Translations under genes and position numbers: made by a program | Shown here: piece by piece, positions 47,901 through 55,800 of the stretch | How positions within the stretch are numbered: the first letter of the stretch is position 1 | Layout: the number at the start of each line of letters is the position of its first letter | Virus record (IMG/VR): IMGVR_UViG_3300021963_000024 | Source: a virus | Taxonomy: Duplodnaviria; Heunggongvirae; Uroviricota; Caudoviricetes | DNA length: 64,000 nucleotides | Strand: one strand, 5' to 3' | The notes under the pieces: generated by a model | What the model was told of the DNA's origin: nothing | Database searches by the model: none | Seen by the model: the letters and a program-made list of their open reading frames with translations, nothing else

Positions 47901-48058
47901 TGTGCAATATCACCTGCTAAATAAATGATTGCATCTTCCGTTCCTCTATTACGGATTTCCTCAAACATTTTTTCAAATACTTGTCTATACTCTTTGTGTC
48001 TTTTCACGTTACGGATATGAACATCCGCAATATGGTAAATCGTTTTTAATTTACTCAT
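44909..48058 (-). CDS. fused Mre11/SbcD nuclease + Rad50/SbcC ATPase (gp47-gp46-like)
   Basis: IADVH, GDIAH, GNHD, LGDIH; then APNASGKSS, CKFC hook within a coiled coil, CSGMEK, LVIDEGFGTLD, ISH. Confidence 0.92.
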   Translation of the reverse strand: MSKLKTIYHIADVHIRNVKRHKEYRQVFEKMFEEIRNRGTEDAIIYLAGDIAHAKLEMSPELVREISWLFTECAKLAPTILITGNHDCNMNNLDRIDVLTPIVEALNLDNFYYLRDTQVWKHGDTAFAVYSIFDNKNNWPKAEDIDAKTKIALFHGPVDNSITDVGYVVSSRHFTTDIFDGYDLALLGDIHKRQEMISPKGCKVVYAGSLVQQNFGETLDKHGFLIWDIDTLTYEAIDIPNEYGYYTLDVDNGIVPIVNNMPKHARLRVRLSNTDTADTKKVLTEIKMRYGLEDFTIIRTDSLSKLKTGNRQNKLDFEDITDVNHQNSLIHDYVKRMMPFVTDEDLFELETINRDVNSRIVLDDVARNIQWKPIRFEFSNMFSYGEDNVIDFSKLNGLMGLFAPNASGKSSLFDSISFCLYDKSSRAFKAANIMNNRKTDFKCKLEFDINGERYFIERSAKTINKGKNVKVDVEFYKMEGDERTSLNGTERRDTNAIIEQYVGTYEDFVLTALSLQGNNALFIDKSQSERKDLLAQFMGLNIFDKLYDTALEDIREVSVLIKNFKKTDFTTELANKGIEIKDRKGELKELQQQLNSETKIKEGIEGEVLNLTRQLAPIDSNLDLPTLEEKRKSIGKQIENLETEYTNTETKIETHNDTLTEISKSIEEKKTFNGSIDIETAYSNYQREKTNLVEATKVYDTAKLHLSLAEEKISHLDKHEYDPNCKFCCNNEFVKDAMKAKEGLPQFKDVVKQAMIDCVGIQQTLDTMEGVEEQYNQLQELKTRYSKLKVILEKAEMEYKGLETKEELLQTQLDKVEEDIEKYYENEDTIETNKELEKQIKEKETLKSEVDKVIRQINKDINDTNSAITQLQSFIDNIKAKMDEVKDLEEKNRLYTYYLDAVKRDGVPYELISKALPVIQTEVNNILGQVVDFGVVMEVDGKNINAKIVYEDQEWALEMCSGMEKFISGLAIRVALINICGLPRPNFLVIDEGFGTLDSDNLSSLFGMMQYLKTQFDFIWVISHLDAMRDIVDGLIEIKKENGFSKIDF

Positions 48059-48996
48059 AAACTTTTTATTTTATTTAACAATAATTCTTCCGAAGTAAAT
48101 TCTTTAGTTTTCTTTAGTTCTTCGTAGAATTTTTCATACCCCATATCGGCGGCATCTTTATCTTTTAAATACATCATTTTAACCTGTATTCCATTCTTTC
48201 TAAAATACTCTGCTGCTTTCAATGCTTCACTCATCGCATCGTTATCTAATGAGATGATGATATCACTAACACCACTCATAAAGATTTTCTCAACTAATTG
48301 TTTAGAAGGAAACTTACCTAATAGTGGAATTGCGTTTCTTTTAATTGTGATTGCATCAAATACACCCTCACAAAGTATAATCGGTTCATTCCAATTTACC
48401 TGTGACTCAAATGCTATAACATTCTTACTGATTGGTGGGTTTTTGTATTTCATCTTCTCTTCCGGATAATATGAACGAGAAACAAAGTAATTCAATGACC
48501 CATCGGAATTATATGATGGAACTATTACTCTACGGGCATATAATCCTTCTTTACAATACCCTATGTTATATTTGATTATATCTTTTTGTGTAATACCTCT
48601 TTCGTTAAGGTAATGAATAGCGTGCTTATATTCAGGATTAAACCCTTTTGGTTCTTCTGCTAAACTAATAAATTCTTTTGGGAGTGAAATAAATACCTTT
48701 GTATCGGCATCTTCTTGCTGTGGTGTCCAATTACTATCTCCGTATATTTCTCTGATTATGGATATAGTTTTCCTGTCCACATCAAGTTTACGAAGTAGGG
48801 ATGTCAATTTTTTACCACCACTATTACAAGTCCAACAATGCCATTTTTGAGTTTCGGTATTAACTTGTAACTTTTGTTTATGGTGATTACAAAACGGACA
48901 ATAAAATGCTAATTCGTTACCCTTTAATGCGGAATAACTACCCAACGCATTAGACAGCGTAGATATTACGATATTTTTATCAGTCTGCTTCAACAC
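48055..48996 (-). CDS. DNA primase (zinc finger + TOPRIM)
   Basis: CPFCNHH..WHCWTC, CEGVFDA, LDND, DAAD; start moved to GTG at 48996 because the track start (49014) lies inside a promoter. Confidence 0.88.
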   Translation of the reverse strand: MLKQTDKNIVISTLSNALGSYSALKGNELAFYCPFCNHHKQKLQVNTETQKWHCWTCNSGGKKLTSLLRKLDVDRKTISIIREIYGDSNWTPQQEDADTKVFISLPKEFISLAEEPKGFNPEYKHAIHYLNERGITQKDIIKYNIGYCKEGLYARRVIVPSYNSDGSLNYFVSRSYYPEEKMKYKNPPISKNVIAFESQVNWNEPIILCEGVFDAITIKRNAIPLLGKFPSKQLVEKIFMSGVSDIIISLDNDAMSEALKAAEYFRKNGIQVKMMYLKDKDAADMGYEKFYEELKKTKEFTSEELLLNKIKSL

Positions 48997-49000
48997 AAAC

Positions 49001-49032
49001 CAAATATACAACAAATATTTGAAAATACCAAA
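49001..49032 (-). promoter_or_regulatory. Bacteroidota sigma70-type promoter for primase/Mre11-Rad50
   Basis: Minus strand TTTG-N20-TATATTTG, an exact fit to TTTG-N19-21-TAnnTTTG. Confidence 0.75.
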
Positions 49033-49035
49033 TTT

Positions 49036-49455
49036 TTATGGTTCTAAAAACCACTCATCCGGTATTACTTTATCCGCATACTTAAATCCGTGCTTATCGC
49101 ACCAATCTCCGTATGTAGTTTTAGATTTTTTGTTGATTTTATTCTTTGAATTGGAAAATACGAATCGTATATCTAAATTAGGGTTTTGTTCCTTTACTAA
49201 TAAGTGTTTCTTACGGTCTGCAAGAACAAATCTACCTTTTGTTTCTACTCTTATTCCATTTGGTAACTTAAAATCAGGATTGTAAGTATGTTCAGAAGCA
49301 GGTATAGTGTAAGCCACTTTTTCTGACTCATATTGAACCTCAATCCCTCTATCTTCAATTTGTTTGGAAATGTTTTCTTCAAGACCTGATTTAAACCCAT
49401 ACTTTTTTGCAACCCATTTAGGATTGTTCTTTTTTGTAACTTTTTTTCTAGCCAT
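49036..49455 (-). CDS. T7 endonuclease I-like Holliday junction resolvase
   Basis: GFKSGLEE, YNPDFKLPNGIRVETKGRF, LDIRFVF, YGDWCDKHGF. Confidence 0.9.
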   Translation of the reverse strand: MARKKVTKKNNPKWVAKKYGFKSGLEENISKQIEDRGIEVQYESEKVAYTIPASEHTYNPDFKLPNGIRVETKGRFVLADRKKHLLVKEQNPNLDIRFVFSNSKNKINKKSKTTYGDWCDKHGFKYADKVIPDEWFLEP

Positions 49456-49461
49456 TGAAAA

Positions 49462-49671
49462 TTATTTCTTTACAGAATCGGAGTATTTTTTCTCATTTAC
49501 TTCTCCACCTCTACCTGTTTTAAATTTTGCAGCAGTTAATACTTGGTCATCTGCTTTTTTCAAATCATTGGTAGTATATGGTGTTTGTGCATTAACACCT
49601 GCTTCAAATGAAATTTTATCAACACCCAATGCTGATTTATTTGCTTCGTATAATTCTAAAATTTTAGACAT
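49462..49671 (-). CDS. small hypothetical protein
   Basis: 69 aa, preceded by the TATTTATA motif. Confidence 0.6.
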   Translation of the reverse strand: MSKILELYEANKSALGVDKISFEAGVNAQTPYTTNDLKKADDQVLTAAKFKTGRGGEVNEKKYSDSVKK

Positions 49672-49698
49672 ATCTTTTTGTTTTACTATAAATATAAA

Positions 49699-50853
49699 TT
49701 AAATATCAAATCGGATAATAAAGTTCACAGGAAAATCTGGCTCTGATTTAATTGGTTGTGGTAATTTTGCCACTGCTACTAAATCCATATCATCATCGTA
49801 TAAGCCGATTGTTGTTATAAATGGTGCAAGGAATGAACCCGTTGAATCAACCGAACTATTTAAATCCCAATCATCAAATCCACCTTTAGTAGTTCCGTTA
49901 TAAGATGATGTAAATCTATAGTCCAATACATCGCCGTTTTCTAATTCCAATCGTTTTCTAATGTATCTAGCTCCTGTTTTTGTATTTACTTTGTATATTC
50001 TATTATCCGAACCTGTTATGTATTGGTATTCAAACCCAACCTCAGATACAGCCGATGGGTTTTGTGATATATTAAATTCATCTGGATTTACAATCAACAG
50101 ATATTCGTGTTCATAAATTGTTTTTGTCGATTTAAAAGATAAATCCCAATTACTATTTAATCTATCGTTGATTGTTCTCGTTAAAACAATTAATCCTTGA
50201 TTGTAAAAAATATTACCAGCTTTATCCGACCCGGCCGCACCTTCTAAGAAATCAAAATTATCAACCAACATATCTCCGGTTTGAATATCGAAAGATACCA
50301 TATTTGCGGAAAATGGGTCTCCCAAATGTGTTCCTGTAATTACTCCAGTTGTAAAATTTATAGTTGTAACTACTATATTGTAAACATTACTTAAAAAATC
50401 AGTAAATGTTGCATCTCCTGTTTCATTATTAAATATAGAAAAATTTACAGTGTCACCTGCAGCTCCAATTAAATTTCCGTTACCATCATCTATATACGAT
50501 ACACCGTTATCTATCAAAGTTACAGAACCTTTTTTAATTCCTTCACCCACATATATTTGTGGAATTGATAATATTTTAGCAGAACTACTTATATATCTTT
50601 CCGAACCCAATCCGGTTGTATAATCTACACTCTTTGCACCAAATCTTAAAAACGGATTATCAATATGCTCATTATAAAACTGTGCCTTTAATTGTCCAAA
50701 AATAGATTTCTTTGGAAAATATGATGATGATGCTTGCGATTCCGCATCAGCTTCTAATAATGTAATATCTGCAGATGTATTATCAAATGACCATTCTTTA
50801 TAAGCTTTGAATGGTCTAATACTAATATCTGATTTTGGTATTCTTTTTAACAT
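49699..50853 (-). CDS. baseplate/tail structural protein
   Basis: C-terminal FITTIGLYDDDMDLVAVAKLPQPI shared with the next gene. Confidence 0.65.
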   Translation of the reverse strand: MLKRIPKSDISIRPFKAYKEWSFDNTSADITLLEADAESQASSSYFPKKSIFGQLKAQFYNEHIDNPFLRFGAKSVDYTTGLGSERYISSSAKILSIPQIYVGEGIKKGSVTLIDNGVSYIDDGNGNLIGAAGDTVNFSIFNNETGDATFTDFLSNVYNIVVTTINFTTGVITGTHLGDPFSANMVSFDIQTGDMLVDNFDFLEGAAGSDKAGNIFYNQGLIVLTRTINDRLNSNWDLSFKSTKTIYEHEYLLIVNPDEFNISQNPSAVSEVGFEYQYITGSDNRIYKVNTKTGARYIRKRLELENGDVLDYRFTSSYNGTTKGGFDDWDLNSSVDSTGSFLAPFITTIGLYDDDMDLVAVAKLPQPIKSEPDFPVNFIIRFDI

Positions 50854-50880
50854 ATCGTATATAAATATTCTAAAACTAAA

Positions 50881-50903
50881 AACCCACCAAATTAAGGTGG
50901 GTT
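50881..50903 (-). terminator. rho-independent terminator
   Basis: AACCCACC-7 nt-GGTGGGTT stem followed on the minus strand by TTTAGTTTT. Confidence 0.75.
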
Positions 50904-50928
50904 AGTAGGGTTTTAATTTATTCTCCGA

Positions 50929-52170
50929 TTAGAAATCTAATTTAACTTTAATTGCAACTTCTTTATCAAATGATTTTTCAATTGGTTTAGATACTTTTGC
51001 AACTGCCAATAATTCATTTGTATCATCATAAAGTCCAACCGTAGTTATGTAAACTTTAGGGTCTCTTTCGAAACTAGATACCGAAAATTCACCAATAGAA
51101 CCCGTTACGAATGTTGGATTATTTGAGAAATTAAATTCTCTATTGTTTGCTCTTACGAAGTAGTGAGATGTAGAAACATTTTCAGTTCTTCTTGCTTGGA
51201 AATCTGCACCACCACTTATAGCCATAAGTAATGCAACCGATCCTGATTTATTACCATTATTTTGGTGATAAATAGATGTGATTGAAGAACTTGCAGGTGC
51301 TAAGAATGGGTCAACAGATGTAGCTAATGCTGATGGGTTAAGTAATATTACACCCATATCTGGATAGAATAATCCCCAACCTTGTCCGTTTGATGCGGTA
51401 TATGTATTGATTGATGCGGTTAATGCTGAACCAATGTTTAATGAACCACTAACTAAGTTGTAAACTCTTCCTGCAGTTGTTACATTTTCATCGGTTCCAC
51501 CACTATCATCAATTAAAGTGATACTTCTAATAGAACCAGATAAAACTAAAGAAAAATTACCTGGATCAAGTCTTTCTTTATATCTTGCTCTATTTACATT
51601 AATTGCGTAGAAATTTTGTAAGTTGTGTCCACCTGCAGTTGAGCCTGTGTAAACACTAAAATAATCATCCGTTCTTTCTAACAATACGTTTTTAAATTGA
51701 TTATAAACAGCCTTAGTAGGTAATGTTGATGAATCATCTTGCGTTAATGTTGGTGCACCATATCCGTTTACATCACCATATCCAATTGAAAATTGAACTT
51801 CAGCTGCATCGGAAGATGTTAATGAATTATAAACATCTAAATAATATTTACCAGATACACCGACAACTTGTGCAGATGAAGTAAAGTTTGCTTTAACATC
51901 TAAAGAACCAGTATCACCACTCCATATTCCAGAAGTTACGATTTCCGTTCTATTGGTTACTTTATCAATTGCACCAAATTTTTTGTAAATACCATTACTA
52001 ATCGTAGTGATATCACCGCTAATTTGTTCACCACTTCCTAAAAATTGGTTAAGGATTCTAACGACTTCGTTTGAATCAATTGGAGTTCCTGCGGTGTTAG
52101 CTGCACCTGCTAAGTATTGTGATAAATTACTTGCTAAAAGGGCTCCTCTATTATCTCTTATTACTGCCAT
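50929..52170 (-). CDS. baseplate/tail structural protein
   Basis: Ser/Gly-rich; C-terminal YITTVGLYDDTNELLAVAKVSKPI. Confidence 0.65.
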   Translation of the reverse strand: MAVIRDNRGALLASNLSQYLAGAANTAGTPIDSNEVVRILNQFLGSGEQISGDITTISNGIYKKFGAIDKVTNRTEIVTSGIWSGDTGSLDVKANFTSSAQVVGVSGKYYLDVYNSLTSSDAAEVQFSIGYGDVNGYGAPTLTQDDSSTLPTKAVYNQFKNVLLERTDDYFSVYTGSTAGGHNLQNFYAINVNRARYKERLDPGNFSLVLSGSIRSITLIDDSGGTDENVTTAGRVYNLVSGSLNIGSALTASINTYTASNGQGWGLFYPDMGVILLNPSALATSVDPFLAPASSSITSIYHQNNGNKSGSVALLMAISGGADFQARRTENVSTSHYFVRANNREFNFSNNPTFVTGSIGEFSVSSFERDPKVYITTVGLYDDTNELLAVAKVSKPIEKSFDKEVAIKVKLDF

Positions 52171-52178
52171 AGTTTATA

Positions 52179-52802
52179 TTATTGAACGTATGTTACTGTT
52201 ACTGGAATAGTTTGTGAACCACCCGTTTCGTTACCATAAACAGTTATAGTTGTTCTGATATTCGAAGTTAATGATGGGTTTGGAATAAATTTGAAAGTTA
52301 AACCTTTAGCGATTGCTGCTGTTGCAGATACATCATCACCAATAAATACTGGTACTGAACCAACTGCTGCGGAAACACCTTCACCTACAATATCACCTGC
52401 ATTTTTGTTTGCTAATACTAATGTATATCCCAAACTTCTATTACCAGCTGGAGATGTGGTTGGAGAAAGTGATACTTCACCACTTCTTTGATTTACTGAA
52501 ATATTAGGAACACCAAATTCTACAACTGGGATTCTTGTAGTATTTTTTGGTAAAGTTACTAACTTATATTTCATTACTTGAGTTTCATCAGGATTTGCTT
52601 CCAATACAGGCATATTTTTAATTGCCGCATCATAATAAGCAGAACCCAATGGATGTGCTGGTTCATAAAGTGAGTAATCTATTTCATCATCTGCCAATGC
52701 AAATTGTGTAATGTTTAAACCTTGCCCAGCTGCTAATTTTTCTCTACCTTTTTTAGTAAGGATAGCATCAACTGTCAATTCGGTATTACTTAAATATCCC
52801 AT
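52179..52802 (-). CDS. baseplate/tail structural protein
   Basis: LTKKGREKLAAG..ITQFALADDEIDY resembles the N-terminus of tail-collar domains. Confidence 0.6.
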   Translation of the reverse strand: MGYLSNTELTVDAILTKKGREKLAAGQGLNITQFALADDEIDYSLYEPAHPLGSAYYDAAIKNMPVLEANPDETQVMKYKLVTLPKNTTRIPVVEFGVPNISVNQRSGEVSLSPTTSPAGNRSLGYTLVLANKNAGDIVGEGVSAAVGSVPVFIGDDVSATAAIAKGLTFKFIPNPSLTSNIRTTITVYGNETGGSQTIPVTVTYVQ

Positions 52803-52852
52803 AGTATTGTATTATTCTTTTGTTTATAAATATAATTATTTTTAAAATCCGT

Positions 52853-55800
52853 TTATTCTATTTCCAAAATTGGTTCACTTGCATCTCTACCCGCTTTGTT
52901 TACTCTCAATGTGTTAGGATTAGTTGTAAATGTTTCAACAGGCGGAGTTCCATCCAATGTTGTTGCAGCTGTGTTTTTACTGCCCTTATAGAATGAATTT
53001 TGTAATCCTCTTGTCAAATCGGATGTATTTCTATAATGTGTTCCTAAATAACCACTAACAGGTTTTACCGATATGATATTGCCCGTTGCAACAGGCTGAA
53101 CTGAACCACTAAATGGTTGAATATTAAGTTTGGTTTCGGTGTATAAAGATGATGTTAATTCCATCCCACCTCTAGGGTCTCCCTTTCCACCTATTACAAC
53201 TTTATATTTAACAATATCTCTTTGTTTTTGTTCGGTTACTAAATTAACTCTAATTCTTTCTTTAACTCGTCTACCATCTTTATCAAAATAAGTTCTAATA
53301 GCAGAACCACTTTGTGCATAAATACCAAATCCAATTGTTTCTAATTCAGATTGACCTGCGATGGTATTTATATCATAAACATCTATTTCTGTTAATATTC
53401 CACCTTTATCTAATTCCGTTTCAATTATAACTTCTTTTTGATAATAATCTCCACTGGTATTTAACTCATCATTTACATATATCGGAGTATCATATTGATA
53501 ATTTTCTGCAGAAGTATTATTTAAAGATGCCGTATAGATTGTTGCATCATATTGATTATTTTCACCAAATAAATCTTTTGATAAATTACTTTCAATAATA
53601 GTTTCAAATTGATTGTTTTCCGCCGATGTTACTAACTCATCTTTATAAGATATTAAAGATTCATTTTGATATTCAGCTCCTGTTGGTTTCTTTTGTTCAA
53701 TCTTGCTTCTTTCTAAAATGTGCGGTTCAATCAATAAACCAGTTGTTGCTCTAACTCTTGCAGGCAACATCTTTTTAATATCCTCAAATAAAGATTTTTC
53801 GTATGATTTTATTAAATTAACATATTGGTAAATATCTCTACCATCAAATCTATTAAAATAATATTTTCTTAATTTTTCTAATGATTTGTAGTTAGAACGA
53901 TATTCATCCGATGGGTCACCAATATAGTTATCTAAATTAACCCCACCAAATGATTTTGCAATATCAATATTCATCTCTTTTGTTGGAGAGAAGAATAATC
54001 CAATTCTATTACTATCAACAGGTGATTGGTCAAATGCTTTTTTAGTTGTTCTACTTTTTGATGAAAGATTAATTCCAAGTGATGCATCATTACCAAATAC
54101 ATCTGTTTGGTTTTCAAAACGAACTTTATTAGTTGAGTATCTACTAGAACCAATGTTTGGAATTTCCAATGCAATTGTTCTTTCTACTACTTCAAAATTA
54201 TATGGATATATTGTAGAAGAACTAAAGTTACTTGCAGTTGCATATAACAATGGTGAAGGATTTTCCGAATATAAAGATGCGGATAATATTGGTCTATTTT
54301 CGTAATCATTTCTTGTCAAACTTCCACTAAAATAAACATTGGTATCAACATTCATCAAAGAAGATGTTAATGCTAGATTTTTTGGATACTCAAAATCTAA
54401 ACGGAAATACAAATCTTCAGTAGAAGAAGAAATGTGGTTACCATTTACGGCTTCAGGAAAATAAACGTGTTTATGGAAAGCAGATGCTGATAATTGTGTT
54501 GTCCACAATCTTATTTCATCCACACTACCACTATAATTCCACCCAAAATAAACTTTATTTGTTTGTGGACCAAAATTATTAGATAAGGAAGAACTATATG
54601 CATTTTCAAATATATTTCTATCTTTTTCTACTTGTTTAAGATTCATTTTAATTCCTGATGAACCTGATGAAATACATAATCCAAAAAATCTACCATTGAA
54701 AATTGGAATAGAATCCGATGTAATTAAATTTGTGCTACCACTATTATATTTTACTACACCATATTCACTACCAACTGATCCAGATATTTCCACATTCCAA
54801 CCTGCAGAACCAGATATTATCGTTGTGTTTTGTGCATACGCAGGTTTTAAAAACATTTCTATTGTTTTCGGTTTTTCACCTGTGTTTGTGGTTTTCCATT
54901 CTACTTCTAATTTTGAACCACTTATCATAGATAATGCATATGTTGTATTATCCATTAATAATTTTGTAGTTCCAACTTCTTCCGTTTCTGAAAATCTATT
55001 AGGTGCTTCCGGTCCACCAAATTCTAAAATTGAAAGATTTGATGATGGAACACCATAACATGCCATAATAGCATATATACCTCTTCTTGTTCCTTTGTGT
55101 TTTAAAAGATATGGTAAGTTGTTTATAATTCTTCTCCATATTTCATTTGTTCTAGCTTTTGCAGGATTGGATTCTTTTACATTACCATTCGAATCTTGTC
55201 CGTAAACATACTTCCATAAATTTTCATCAACAGCAAGATTTTTAGCATCCCAACCAAATGATTTCAAAGTATCAAATAACAACTTATCAGGCATACCACC
55301 TTTTAATTTATAACCAAGTCCTCTATTTTTTTCTAAAGCTTTGGTAAAATAATAAATGTTATCAAAGTGATGTCCAATCATTGAGAAGAATAATAAAAAA
55401 TTATCATTCTCAGTATTGTTCAAAATGTATTCAGGTATATTATTTTTTAAATAATTTTGGTTTTCAGAATCATAATTATCTGCCAATTCTATCGTATTTT
55501 CATACCATGTTGCAACCTGTGTGGTGTTACTCAATAATCTAACCCCATTTTCATAAGGCCATGTTATAGAATTACTTCCACTATTTGTATATAACGATGA
55601 TGATGTATATAAGAATTTTTCAAAACCATCAAAATTATTTATTAGTTGATTTTTCTTTAAAAGTTGTCTTTCTCTTTCTTGAAGTTCTGCTGTTGAGTTT
55701 CCTACATTGTAACTATTGTCTATATAAGTTTCGTATGCTTCTATTAATTGAATTTTATAAACAAAATTATCAACTCTTTCTTTTGCAGAACTAAAATGAA

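Noticed and set aside
48100-48113. 14-bp match (AGAAAACTAAAGAA, minus strand) to the putative operator
   Set aside because: It lies inside the primase CDS encoding LKKTKE and is explained by Lys/Glu codons.
48997-49014. Track start for primase at 49014 (MLYIWF...)
   Set aside because: It overlaps the -7 promoter element; GTG at 48996 fits better.
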